DNA of 64,000 bases. Source: Octopus vulgaris. Lineage: Eukaryota. The stretch lies in the NCBI GenBank assembly GCA_951406725.2, contig OX597829.1, positions 54,746,001 to 54,810,000 on the forward strand. Direction: 5' to 3'. Below are positions 37,937 through 51,334 of this stretch, piece by piece (position 1 is the stretch's first letter; every line of letters starts with the position of its first letter). Below the pieces are notes generated by a model. That model was not told the DNA's origin. It worked only from the letters and a program-made list of their open reading frames with translations, and made no database searches. A program made the translations under genes and the position numbers.

Positions 37937-39469
37937 TTTAAATGCTTATGGGAGAAAATATATGGTCATGTTGCAATACTTATTTCTTTATTGCCCACAA
38001 GGGGCTGAACATGGAGGGGACAAACAAGGACAGACAAAGAGATTAAGTCGATTACATCGACCCCAGTGCGTAACTGGTACTTAATTTATCGACTTTGAAA
38101 TTATGAAAGGCAAAGTCAACTTCAGCGGAATTTGAACTCAGAACGTAACAGCAGACGAAATACCACTAAGCATTTCGCCCGACGTGCTAACATTTCTGCC
38201 AGCTCGCTTCCTTATGTTGCAATACTGTTGTATCAGAACTGGAATGAATGTGCAACAGACTTTTCAACCTCACAGTCGTACATGCAAGAACCATTTCTTT
38301 AATCTCAAACATGTTTTAGATTTTCAGCTAACAGTATCTCTTCCAGTTATTAATAACTGTATGTTGTTTAATCTGGCCAGTAATTTTTCCATATTTCTCC
38401 TTCTTACCACTAACACTTGACTGTGAAGAAGTGAATCCTGTTTTGTCTATTGACACAAATCAGAGACAGGAGTAACGGAATAATGCACTACATGTATCTC
38501 TTCAATGAGGCTCATGGCTTTGCTTGACTGATATAAAACATGGTTGGACCTTGGCACAGATTTTAACACAACGAGACTCACAAACTTCTTGGTCTAAACT
38601 TTCTATGGATTACACCTTTAATTAATTAATCATGTGGACCTATAGATTTTTCATTACTATATCTATTCATGTTACTCACCCACCCCATAGTCTCTTACTT
38701 CAGCTCTGATGTCCCCAATTTACTGTCACTGTTGTCAATCTTCATTAACTTCTATTATTACTATGGAAGCCTGCCAATTCCTTTAAATCTGCTCTCCTGT
38801 CAACCGATAAAATCAACAGTTTCTTTCAGACATTATGCTTTGCCATTTAAACCAGCCTTATCCAGCTGCAATATCCTGCCTTTTTTTTTAATGATCAAAT
38901 AATCCAAATCCAGTCTTTCACATCTACTCTACAATTTCAGTCTAAAAATAAATCATTGAATCATTGAAATGTCAAAGCCAGAAGATAATGCACGTTTAAG
39001 TGAAAACAGTGTAAATACTGATATATTTCAATCATATCATTGAAATGTCAAAGCTATGAGATAATGCAGGATTAACTGGAAGAAAAAATGGGAATAAATA
39101 AACAATACATTGGAAAGAACAACCAGAATGCTAAAGGGTTAAGGATAAACCTCACCGTACTTAAAACCAATGTCACTCTTATATTGTATGTGAGAAATAT
39201 TACATACTTGTTGGTTATCTCGAGTGACTTCCCTTGAAACCTTATTTCGTCATCAATTTTAAAAAAGGCAACAAAACGATTTGGCTTCCTCTAGAAGATA
39301 AATGTTTATATAATCCAGATATAAAATAAACTCTGGAATATTTACTATTTCCGTATCTGGCATGATATAGCTCAATCAATCATTGGCATCTTTGAAAATA
39401 TTCTGAATAAAGACATTTGTTTGATTAATAAACTCTTGTTTCATGAAAATTTTAAGTATATTTTTTTGA

Positions 39470-39838
39470 TCTTTTACTTGTTATATTCATTAGACTGTGG
39501 CCATGCTGGGGCACCACCTTGAAGGGTTTAGTCGAACAAATTAACCCCAGCATTTGTCTTCCTTTTTAAGCCTTATATTTATTCTTTTGGTCTCTTTTGC
39601 CAAACCGCTAAGTTACAGGGACATAAACACACCAACACCATTTGCTGAGTAGTGGTGGAGGACATACACAAAGACACACACATAGATATGTTTACATATA
39701 CGATGGGCTTCATTCAGTTTCCGTCTACCAAATCCACTCACAAGGCTTTGGTCAGCCTGGGGCTATAGCAGAAGACACTTGCCCAAGATGCCACGCAGTG
39801 GGACTGACCCTAGGACCACACTTCTTAACACACAGCTA
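39470..39838 (-). mobile_element. SINE family A copy (CDIPT intron 2, inverted)
   Basis: Reverse complement of family A. Confidence 0.8.
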
Positions 39839-40285
39839 TCTCAGTGTCTATATATGTTGCTTACAATTTTTAGCTTTTTACCTCAATTAATGATTTCATA
39901 ATAATTTTTTTTTGGTTTACATACATTTTAAAAATGTCTTCATTAAAAAAAAAAGAAAAACCCCCAAAAAGGTACTTCATTAAGCTACTTCTCTTCTAGT
40001 GTATCCTTGCTTAACACTTATTTGTATCTTTTATATACATATGTACCTATGACAGTGACACATAAAAAGCATCCATGTCATGTAAAAGGTGATGGGTGTT
40101 AGGAAGGGCATCCAGCCATAGAAACCCTGCCAAAACAATTGGAGCCTGATGCATCTCTCCACCTCGTCAGCTCTGGTCAAACCATCCAACCTATGCCATC
40201 ATGGAAAGCAGACACTAAATAATGATGATGACGCTGACGACATACACACTCACATGCATATGTTCTTTCTTTCTTTAAACTTCAG

Positions 40286-40439
40286 GTAGCAAACTTGGCG
40301 CCATGCTCGACCAACTGATAGACCGATTTACAACAATGTGTCTTATGGCAGCATTGTGTTTCTTCTACCCAAAATACATGCTATTTTTCCAGTTCAGCAT
40401 GACAGTTGACATTGTCAGTCACTGGTTTCACTTACAAAG
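40286..40439 (+). CDS. CDIPT: CDIPT coding exon 3 of 6
   Basis: Acceptor ttctttaaacttcag, donor AG|GTAAGT, 154 nt. Reads (G)SKLGAMLDQLIDRFTTMCLMAALCFFYPKYMLFFQFSMTVDIVSHWFHLQ, completing the motif GxxxDxxxD. Confidence 0.96.
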
Positions 40440-41259
40440 GTAAGTTGTTTGTTACATTACCACCTTTCTCCATTTGCACTGTCGGTTGATACTATTAATA
40501 CTGTACACATCTTAAATTCTAATCACTGCCCGTGTATGACTAAGGGCTGATGTACTTGCCTTAAATCTTATTGTAATGGTAGGAGTTTAAAAGTTACAAT
40601 TTTCAGTACTCTTATGACTAGGACATTTTTATTCTAATTTGGTGGCGCTCAATCATTTTTTGCCTAAGGATCCCTTTCATTCCTCTTTTGCTCAGATAGA
40701 CCTCAATAGTTATTCACTGTGTTTAGAAATATCCTTTCTGTATTTTTATGATTAAATATTATTGGGAATTGTATTAAAACAAATTTAAATATTTTGTGTA
40801 TTGCAGAAGTATAAGTAATTTATTGTACATAAATTTTAACAACAAAATCTTCTTATTTCGTTATTGCCCACAAGGGGCTAAACATAGAGGGGACAAACAA
40901 AGACAGGCAAACGGATTATGTCGATTAAATCGACCCCAGTGCGTAACTGGTACTTAATTTATCGACCCCGAAAGGATGAAAGGCAAAGTCGACCTTGGCG
41001 GAATTTGAACTCAGAACATAGCAGCAGACAAAATACCACTAAGCATTTCGCCCGGCGTGCTAACGATTCTGCCAGCTCGTCGCCATCAATGTTAACAACA
41101 AAATCTTCTGTGGACCCTCAGGAGTCATGTGGGCCCTAGTTGAGAACCACTGCTTGAATTTGTTGTATAGCTGATTAAGTTAAAGTATTGCAGGTCCACC
41201 CATAGAAAAAGACTGGAGCAATTTCACCAGTTATGTCTCTACTATATCCTGGCTACCCT

Positions 41260-41900
41260 ATTGCAGATCTATGTGATTGGTGTTGAAGTCCTTGGGCACA
41301 GTCTGTCAATGAAGTGTCTGTAGTACTTCAGCACAGATTACAATGGAATGGTCTGGTGGTTGGGACAGAAGATAATAGGATCCCTGAGCAATTTGTGTAT
41401 GGTGAGTTAGGCCAGAGTAAAACACCAGCACAGAAACTGAGATTAAGGTATGAGATGTGATGACTGTATCAAGAATACACTAGAAAAAATCAGAATCTTG
41501 GCAAATGAATGGGAAATTTTTTACTGTAGATTGTTTATCATGAAAGAAGGCAGTGCATGGTGGCAGGAAGGAATGTAAATAAAATCATATTGAGCATGAA
41601 AAATTCAAGAGAGATGTTAATTTAGCTTGTTATGACAGTGAACAATCTCGTTTAACTTGAGTGCTGTTGTGTCTAAGTAAAGCAGGTCTTAGAAGTCTTT
41701 AGGGAAACCACATACACACACATGAAAGTTGTTAGCCATTCATTATGCAGCATCTCTACTGGTGGGAAGTATGGAAAAGAATGTGGATCAGGAGGTGGAC
41801 TGAAGCATCACATGGAAATTCACCAAAGCAATATTGTAACACCTACTGCAAGAGGCGACCATCATTATCACTTTTGTACAAAATAATGTATCAAGCAGGA
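41260..41900 (+). mobile_element. RTE-clade LINE 3' fragment in CDIPT intron 3
   Basis: HRLQWNG....EDNRIPEQFVYGEL, followed by vestigial C2H2-like motifs. Confidence 0.5.
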
Positions 41901-43428
41901 CTGTAAAGCCACATCTGAACTGCTCGTGTTTAAAAGAACAATCAAGCAATGGCATTACATGAAATCAAGTTGCAGTCATCATATTTATATAGATATATTT
42001 ATACAACACACACACACACGCATGCATGCACTGTTCTTTAACTGATGTTCTTAGTCAAAATTCTGTTCTTATCATTACGATGGGTTTTCCTGTGTGACTG
42101 AAAGAGACTTTGCTGCTATTTCTGGTAGGTTGAGTAACTGCATAAAAGCTCTCACATTATTGCATATATGTGTTAGTAGCCAAGTGACAGGAAGACATGG
42201 GATGAGGTGGCGAAGCATGACCTTCAAATGTTGGGCCTCACAGAAGCAATGACAAAAGACTGAAACCTCTGAAGATATACTGCGACTAAGAAGACCCGGC
42301 AAATAAAGTGAGTTCACAGCTGTAACCTACACCAGTGTCGTATAACCAGCCCACTCAAAAGTACCTTGGATTGTAGGGTGACATGCCGTGCTTGAGGAGA
42401 CCTATTGAGTCAAGTACATCAACATCAAAATCAAATCACAATCAAATGGAAATTGTAGTTGTGATCCCCATGCCGGTGGCACGTAAAAAGCACCATCCGA
42501 ACGTGGTTGATTCCAGCCTCCTCACCATGACTGGCTCCTGAGCTGGTAGCATGTAAAAGGCAGCATCTGAATGTGGCTGATACCAGCAGCGCTTTGACTG
42601 ACTCCCGTGCTGGTGGCACGTAAAACAGCACCCACTACACTCTTGGAGTGGTTGGCGTTAGGAAGGGCATCCAGCTGTAGAAACATTGCCAGATCAGACT
42701 GGAGCCTGGTGCAATCTCCTGGCTTCCCAGACTCCAATCAAGCAGTCCAACCCATGCCAGCATGGAAAACGGACGTTAAACAATGATGATGATGATTTTG
42801 TCCAAAATAATAATTTAACATTTCAATAACACAGCCCTTCAATTTTCTGAGTTGAAAATGCATTGAAATGATGTCATTATAGAACATTTTTCAAATTCCA
42901 TAAAATGTCATTTCATAAAATCATTGAAATAGTATCTGTTGAATGGATTGATGGACAGATTGCTAGAGAAACACAGTTCTTATTAAAATATTGGCAACCA
43001 AAGTAAATTCCCAACAGTTAAATAAGGTGTAACCATTCCCCACTGGAACTTAGTCTGTTATAGAATATAATCTTGTAGGTGTTGGAATGTCAACCACGAA
43101 ATTTTTAGGCCTCTGTGTATTTTAAAGATCACAATGACTGAAAATGATTGATATATCCTTATTTACTTTATGTATACTGTTTATGTTAGTTGGACTGGTG
43201 TTCCCATCTTAATTGTTACTTTCACTATGTTTTGGCTGTCGTATTTAGAACATAAATTAACATGAAATTATGATGAAACATGTTAATTTTGATCACCTTA
43301 AACAGGGAATTTGTATCATAGGTTCAGGGCAGTTTCAGATGGGTTCGTATCAAAAGGGTTAAATATTTTCTTTAAAAGGATTTTTTTTAAATGAAATATT
43401 TTCAAGTAAATATTTTCTCTATTTTCAG

Positions 43429-43510
43429 TTCGCTTATGAAAGGTGCTGGTAGCCATAAAGTTCTTGATTTGTCAGCAAATCCAATTCTGCGCCATTATTA
43501 TCACAATAAA
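43429..43510 (+). CDS. CDIPT: CDIPT coding exon 4 of 6
   Basis: Acceptor ttttctctattttcag, donor GTATGT, 82 nt. Reads (S)SLMKGAGSHKVLDLSANPILRHYYHNK (PIS SHK..DLS.NP.LR.YY). Confidence 0.95.
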
Positions 43511-44924
43511 GTATGTTATGCATATTATTTTTTGAAATTTTAACCATGAAGTTTTTCCGTTTCTAATTGATGCTTGTTTCCTGTCCAATTTTCTGTTAGT
43601 TGCTATAAAAAATGCCTGCATTGTCTTTAGATCTTCATCTTGAAATAACCATTTATTCCAGTGCTTTTCTTGCATGTCTTTGTGATATTGTTTCCTAAAA
43701 CAGGCATCGCATTTAAGTAGAAGGTTATGGTTGATACAGTTGATCAAATTGATGATGAGAGTTCAATAAGAATTGAAAATCAGTTTAAATCTCCTCATCA
43801 TATTTTGTGAAGGCACATGGCTCAGTGGTTAGAGTGTCTGGCTCACAATCATGAGGTAGTGAGTTTGATTCCCTGACAGGCTGTGTGTTGTGTTCTTGAG
43901 CAAGACACTTTATTTCACGTTGCTTCAGTTAACTCAGCTGTAGAAATGAGTTGCAACATCACTGGTGCCAAGCTGTATCGGCCCCTTTGCCTTTCCCTTG
44001 TATAAGCTCGTTGGCATAGAGAAGGGAGGCTGGTATGCATAGGCAACTGCTGGTTTTCCACTTGTGCCTCAGAGGGTAGCTTTCTAGGTGCAAATCCCAT
44101 GGTCATTCATGACCGAAGAGAGCCCATAGTTGATATATTAAATGTAATACTTACCTGGTACTTATTCACTTGGAAGGTTGAAAAGCAAATTTGACCCACA
44201 AATCAGTTGAGCAAATATTATAACAACTTAACCAAATATGCCAGGCTGATTGCTGGAAATGATCAAAGATTTAGAAATATTAATATTTTACAGTTAAACC
44301 ACTCTTTCCTTAAATGACAAAGCTGTAAACAATAAGATAGGAATTAAAATCTTCATCTAGTCTTTTTTCCTTTTATTTCAAATCAATATGTCTTCTTTAC
44401 AAGGTTAAGTTAATAACTAGTGGACTATCACTTCATTGTTTAGAAGGTCCTGTGTACTGTTGGTGTTTCCTTGCTTCTTTGGACAAGACAGTTTACATTG
44501 CTGTTGGAAATAAATATCAAAAAGGGTTGTGATAGGCAAGCATCTTGTAGAAAAAAATTTGGATTCTTTCTACTTAGTAACTCTGCAAGGCCTGAAGGAC
44601 TTGTATTAACAACAATCGTAATATAATCCAATGAATTGATATCAGGAAGTTTGGTTGCTGAGGTTAGTGGAAAGAATTTCAATATAGGTTTTTCAATCAA
44701 ATGGAAGCACCTGTATTTGTTGAAGCCATATCTAAAACATTAGAATTTTTCACACCATTCCAGCAACCAAATTCACTGATATCTACTGATTTGCTTTGAT
44801 TTTTACCCATTGTTACAAATGCAGGCTCCCATCTACTTCCTTGAATTGTGATTTCACTTTAGTTTTAAAAAGTCTACATATTTGCCATGTATGATGAATA
44901 CATTTTATTCTGTTTCTCTTTCAG

Positions 44925-45006
44925 ATCATTCTCTTTCTGATGTGTTCAGGCAATGAACTTTTCTACTGCTTGTTGTACGTCAGATATTTCACATCTGGAC
45001 CAGCAG
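44925..45006 (+). CDS. CDIPT: CDIPT coding exon 5 of 6
   Basis: Acceptor tgtttctctttcag, donor AG|GTAATA, 82 nt. Reads IILFLMCSGNELFYCLLYVRYFTSGPA (PIS LF..C.GNELFYCLLY). Confidence 0.95.
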
Positions 45007-45662
45007 GTAATAAGTTTTAGTGTTACTGTGTAATGTAGATCGTAATACTTTCTTAAATTTGGCACCTCTTGCTGACACAATAATTTCTGTGTAATCCAAC
45101 TTCTGAAAAAGATATTTTTTTTGTCTTCTTCTTTAGTTTGTAAAAATACTGCCTTAACAATATTTTTTACTCATCATAAATTTTTTAAAAAAATGAATAA
45201 TCTATTGCTTTAAAAAGAATGTATGCTGCCATGATAAATGGACAGGACATATTTTACAAAAGAAAAACAAACATTTTTCTACATAAAATTGAGAACTGGA
45301 ATCATTTATATTTCAAGAGATTACTTATTTTACTTAACAAATGATTTTTTTTATCATGTCTAATCATGTATTATACTATAAAGGCTCGTAAACTTTGAAA
45401 TATAACGTCCTACCCTTCCAATCAATAATGATAAATGGTTAAACAGTACATTTTTCTAAAATGGTTTCATTTAAGACTGCTTAAACCATCAAGATGAATT
45501 ATTAATCCTTACACATTATTTTCTCTCTTTGGTTTTTTCATTCTCTCTCAACCCTTTCTGTCAAAGAATGTAGGCTTGAGACATCAAAGACTTTTCCATC
45601 CTTCCTAAGTGTCAAACTAATTACACCTGCTTGTTGTTCCCTCACCTGTCTTCTTAAATTTG

Positions 45663-45700
<38 letters not shown>

Positions 45701-45924
45701 AACCACATGTGGATCATTAGTGATTTTATTTTCCTCCATCTTCCTTTTCTCTTGGACTTTCCTCCTTCTCCTGTTTCTGACAAAGAGCTTTGCTCGAAAT
45801 GGAATGTTTTGTTTGTTCTTTGTTTTCTTTCTTTTTCTTTTTTTTTTTTGGATTAATTATATATATATATATATATATGTCTTTTGGACAAACCATTCAA
45901 CTGATAACATTTTGCTTCTTTCAG

Positions 45925-46103
45925 TATTTGGAAGTATTGGACTCGTGACTGCATTGCTTTATCCTTGTGGATTGGTTGCTTTCCTGAAGACCATTATAAG
46001 CATCCTCCAACTTTACAGTGCAATGGCCAATGTTGCTGCTATTGATGTTGCAGACCGTGCTGCCCTCAGGACTTCAGAAAATAATGCAAAGAAAATATCT
46101 TAA
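45925..46103 (+). CDS. CDIPT: CDIPT terminal coding exon 6 of 6
   Basis: Acceptor tttgcttctttcag. Reads (V)FGSIGLVTALLYPCGLVAFLKTIISILQLYSAMANVAAIDVADRAALRTSENNAKKIS*. Exon sum 52+135+154+82+82+179=684 nt = 227 aa + stop. C-terminal KKIS is a KKxx-type ER retrieval signal. Confidence 0.94.
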
Positions 46104-46120
46104 GCTTCTGGAAACTGTGA

Positions 46121-46126
46121 AATAAA
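46121..46126 (+). terminator. Candidate proximal polyadenylation signal of CDIPT (a distal candidate lies at 47045-47050)
   Basis: AATAAA 17 nt after the stop codon. A second AATAAA at 47045 follows a U-rich UTR-like stretch. Usage is unknown. Confidence 0.4.
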
Positions 46127-46742
46127 TGTATATTGAATAGGTATTTTATGAAAGTTTGATGCACACTCAAAAGTGTGTATGTGAGATATATATATATATA
46201 TATACATACACACAATCACACACACACATACACATACATATATATATATATAAATGTATATAGATATGTTTGTGAATGAATATGTGTGTGTATATGTATG
46301 TATGTATGCATATATATACATATTATGAATAGATTCAAATATTTACATACACATTTCATGTGTAGATATATATATATTTATATATATATATTACATATTT
46401 AGTTGATGGTATGCCTCAACAAAGATCATATGCACTATTGGGGAGCAAAAAAAAAAAGAATTAAATCTTGTGTGTGTTTGTGTGTGTGTGTGCATGCGTG
46501 CGTGCATGCATTTTGAATATTGTTCTATTATGTCCAGTACTCAGTTTTCTCCCAGCTGGGATTTGAGATTCCATCTGAAGACTGGTCTGCCACCATGAAA
46601 TGCTGAGTAATGGCCATAATGGTACAATAGATCATCTTAATAAAATCTATATTATTCCAAAACAACATTCAGTATTATTGGCTTTGTTTCGACACATTTC
46701 CATTTACACCATGAATGCATGCATGCATACACACACACACAC

Positions 46743-46774
<32 letters not shown>

Positions 46775-48123
46775 GATATATATATATATTACATGCACAC
46801 ACTCACACACGTCTATGTATGATATCAATATGTAATTGAATTTTCAAAGCACTGTACCGTTTTGTAAGAAAATGTTTGAATATTTTTTTTTATTTGCTTC
46901 TGTTAAAACTATTTAAATTTAGTTATTTATTTTTATTTTGTGTATTATGTTTTTCACTGGCTTTTGTTGTTAACTAAGCTTTTTCAGTTAATTTGTAAGC
47001 TATCATATTTAAATATTTTGGAGCTTCCAGCTTAAATATACTTCAATAAAGCAAAACTGAAAAAAAAAAAAGAAAAAGAAGAAAAAAAATATTGTTACAC
47101 ATCAGTAAACACTCCGCCTGATGTCTTCTTCTCCTCACAATGAGATTTATAGTTTCTGAGTTACTTTTTCGTTACATTTAAAATCTCATCTACTCATTCT
47201 CAGTCAAATGTTTAGAATGTGTTTAACTTTATATAGTTTGTTCATTGAACAAAATTTAAAACACACTTCACTAATTGTTATTCAAATTTATTTTTTAATG
47301 ACCTTTTTTTTTCTTTTCAATTTTCTTCAGATAATGAGGATATTTGCATAGATTAAATTCTTTATGGACCTTGTGGATTTGGTTTTAATTGGATGATACC
47401 TAATTAACTTTTAATTTAAGCAATTCAATCACAATATTTCAAACGAATTGATCAAAGACAGAAATTGAGAAATACTTAAGATTTTAAAGTTTTCTTTTTC
47501 TTTTAGACTATTTAATTTAAAAAGAAAAATATTATGTAAAATATTAAATCTGAAGGTTAAAAAACAAAAAGCCTTCATGTCTTTGGCTTACCCGTCCACT
47601 AGCAGCATTAATGTTTTTCAAGAATGAAACTCTTAGAAATCACCTCAAAGTTATAAATGAGCCAAATAATAACTTTACTTTTAAAACTTCATCAGTAAGC
47701 TGATTCCTTTAAATTCATTATTTCTTAATAGAAAAAAAAAATGTAATTAGACATAAAAGTGGGTTAATATCTTGGACATTGTTTATTAGAATATAGTGTG
47801 TTTGTTAATTTAGTTTTTATTAGGCTATTGAATGGAAACTTCCACTCTAGTTATTTCAGTTGGTTTCATGTTTATGATAACAATTATTCCATTTAATTTA
47901 ATTTTACATAAGCTTAAGAACTTTTAACGAAGCTACAAGAAATACGGAATAAAATGTTTAACCTGATTTTAGACAGTTTCTTTTACAGTAAATTTTAAAA
48001 GAGATCTATATTAAAACCATTTGATATTGTAGAACTTCAAAGATTTTTTCGTATGCACATCATTGCAAAATATTTTTGCATTTTCAAAATCTAAATGACT
48101 ACTCATTATTGCAAAGAGCAAAC

Positions 48124-48154
<31 letters not shown>

Positions 48155-48764
48155 ACCCTCCCATATTTCGTTACAGAAGCTACTTTTGCAATGAGTGTTC
48201 AACATTATCTCAAAATGGTTGAAAAAGTAACAAGTAAATAATTATTCCATACTTATATAGCATTTAAAATATTTCCTGTTTGAATTTTTCACATGCATTG
48301 CTTGTGGCATTTGGTATAAGCTCTCATGCGAAACTTCATGTTTAAAAAGAAAAATTATGTAAAAAGAAAAAAAAAACATTGTTATTTTAATACATTCAGG
48401 TTTTATTCTACTTTTAAATAACATGAATTCATGTCTATATTGTCTATAAAGTTCTAAAATAATTGTTCTTGTTATCACTTGAAATCAGGTGTAATTGTTA
48501 TATAATGGAAGATAAATAAAATCAATGGCAATAGAATTCGAGGTTTATTCAGTTTTTCTTATGAATCCAGGGAGTGAGAGCGCTGAAGTAAGTACGCTCT
48601 GATTTTGGATTGCTCTGTGACATTCCACCAACATTTGAATAATAATAATTATATTGTTCATTTGTATATCAAAAACAGATAGAAGCTTTGAATTAATAAC
48701 TGCAATAGCTCTATACAAGAAATTTGAGTGAGTGTGTGCATGTGCATGAAAATATATATACGTG

Positions 48765-48790
48765 TGAGTATGTGTGTTTGTGTGTGTATG

Positions 48791-48857
<67 letters not shown>

Positions 48858-48876
48858 ATATATATATATATGTATG

Positions 48877-48951
<75 letters not shown>

Positions 48952-48978
48952 ATATATATATATATGTGTGTATATATT
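48765..48978. repeat. Compound (TA)n/(TATG)n microsatellite
   Basis: Directly visible. Confidence 0.97.
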
Positions 48979-50287
48979 ATCGAGGCAGCTAGGTAGCAGA
49001 ATCATTCACACCAGATAAAATGCATAGTGGCATTTCTTCCAGTTTAATGTTTTGAGTTCAAATTCTGCCAAGGTGAACTTAGCCATTCATCTTTTGGGGG
49101 TTGATAAAATAAGTACCAATTGAGTACTGAGGTCAATATAATCAACTTGCCCCCCTCCCTTCAAAATTACTGGCCTTGTGCCAAAAATTAGAGAGGATTA
49201 TTTTCTAGCTTTACATTCTGAATTCAGGTTCCGTTGAGATCGACTTGACCTTTCATCCCTTAAGAGGGGGTTAATACAACAAGTACCAGTTAAGCAATGG
49301 GGTCAATGCACTCTGCTAGCTCCTCCCCACAAAACATTTCTGGCCTTTCATGTATAGTAGAAAGGATGATGATTATTATTATTATTATTATTAATTTGGT
49401 TTTTTTTTTTATTTTTAGGCTTTTACAAAGCTAATTTATGTTTTTAACGATGCATTTTCTCCAATTAACAATTGACTGAAAAGTTTATTATTTTCTAATT
49501 ATCCTTAAAAAAAAAACATTAGTGTTGTTATTTTTGTTTGTTCTTTGTTTTTGTTTCACATCTTTATGATGAATTATTAAAGAGAAAGAAAGTTCAAGAG
49601 ATTGACCTACACACATTTAGTTACGGATGGCATCATTCCTCAGATATGTTTGAAATGTATGATAAAGCCAAGTTATTTACATTTATATCAAAGAATCTAA
49701 ACAAAATTGAAGTAATTTGACGAAGTACTTCAAAGCATTTGTTTGTAGAGAAGAAGAGAAAATGCACTTGTGATTTCTTTTGTTTTTAAATATTTATTTA
49801 ATGAACCCAAATGACATTTGGAAATTTGAAAGTTTTTAATGTGCATTTAAGAATTTTTCATAATGCCTAATATAATGAACCAATTGTGAGGCTAGCCATA
49901 TTTACATAGTAAATAGACACATATACTTACATAGTATATACATAATGTGTATTTAGTGAGGTTAGATATTGCACTTAGTATCAGTGATTACAATTTCTTA
50001 GAATTTGCCATCTAAATGTTTGAACAAATATCATTTGCTTATATAATAATTAGGCTACCGTGTAAAACCATGACAATAAATATCTTTTCCAAGATCAATA
50101 CTACTTTATTGTTGAATTTTTATGTTTTTTTTCTTCTTTATTTAAAGCATTATTATAATAATTTATGCACTAAATGAATGAGTGTGTTTGTGTGTGTGTG
50201 TACTTTATTTCTACAGAAAATACAACTTTCCTACAAGGGCCACACATCTGATCAGACAGAAATCCCTATGGCTGGTAGGGTTTTCTG

Positions 50288-50522
50288 GGCGGTGAGCTGG
50301 CAGAAGTGTTAGCACGCAGGGCGAAATGCTTAGCAGTATTTCATCTACCGCTACGTTCTGAGTTCAAATTCCGCCGAGGTTGACTTTGCCTTTCATCCTT
50401 TTGGGGTTGATAAATTAAGTACCAGTTATGCACTGGGATCGATGTAATTGACTTAATCCCTTTGTCTGGCCTTGTTTGTCCCCTCTATGTTTAGCCCCTT
50501 GTGGGCAATAACGAAATAAGAA
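50288..50522 (+). mobile_element. tRNA-derived SINE family B, full-length copy
   Basis: Head ggcggtgagctggcagaa, B box gagttcaaattcc, central ggttgactttgcctttcatccttttggggttgataaattaagtaccag. Many copies: about 2970-3184-, 9525-9800-, 18797-19000-, 19812-20050+, 32600-32817+, 37980-38210-, 40850-41084-, 48983-49370+, 52955-53133-, 57396-58320-. Confidence 0.85.
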
Positions 50523-51096
50523 AACCCTATGGCTTGTAATAAAACTGAGTGCACAAAACGAGACTGATTCTACATTGACAGACTTAGATTTTTGGGCAGT
50601 TTTTCTCCTGGGTGGATGGATATATTATATCACTGTAGATTATATCACAATGTCATCTTGGTCACATCAGTTATTTTTTTTATCGTATTATTTTTTATCT
50701 TTCATTTGCTTCAGTCACTGAATTGTGGCATTGCTCTGAAGGGTTGGACTCAAACAAATCAACCCCAGTACTTATCTTTTGAAAAGTCCAGTAATTATTT
50801 TGCCAAACCACTAAATTACAGGGACATAAACAAACTAACACCAGTTATGGTGGTGGAGGATAAGCACACACAGACGTAGCTATATATATATCGGGCATGG
50901 CTGTTTGGTTAGGAAGCTTGCTTTCTAACTACTTGGTTTCGGGTTCAGTCCCACTGCGTGGCACTTTGGTTAAGTGTCTTCCGCTATAGCCCCGAGCCGA
51001 CCGGAGCTTTGTGATTGAATTCGGTAGGTGGAAGTTACTGCCGTTTGTGTATGAGTGCGTATAGCTGCTCAGTGCCTCTCCAAAAGAGAGAGAGGG

Positions 51097-51127
<31 letters not shown>

Positions 51128-51288
51128 GATTCCCTTCAGTCATGAATGACTATGGGATTGCCAAACCACTAAATTACAGGGACATAAACAAACTAACACC
51201 AGTTATGGTGGTGGAGGATAAGCACACACAGACGTAGCTATATGTAAACCTGCCTTCGTCTTTTGTCTATTTTCATAAAGCTTCCCAT

Positions 51289-51334
<46 letters not shown>

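Noticed and set aside
45660-45924. N-terminal part of the 147-aa ORF 45660..46103
   Set aside because: Intronic read-through including (TA)n; only 45925-46103 is the CDIPT exon.
46571-46613. CCAT-CTGAAGA...GAAA...GTA-ATGG hammerhead-like arrangement in the CDIPT 3' UTR
   Set aside because: Stem II would close with a C-U mismatch, stem III is 1-2 bp and not palindromic, and a stronger alternative hairpin sequesters GAAA.
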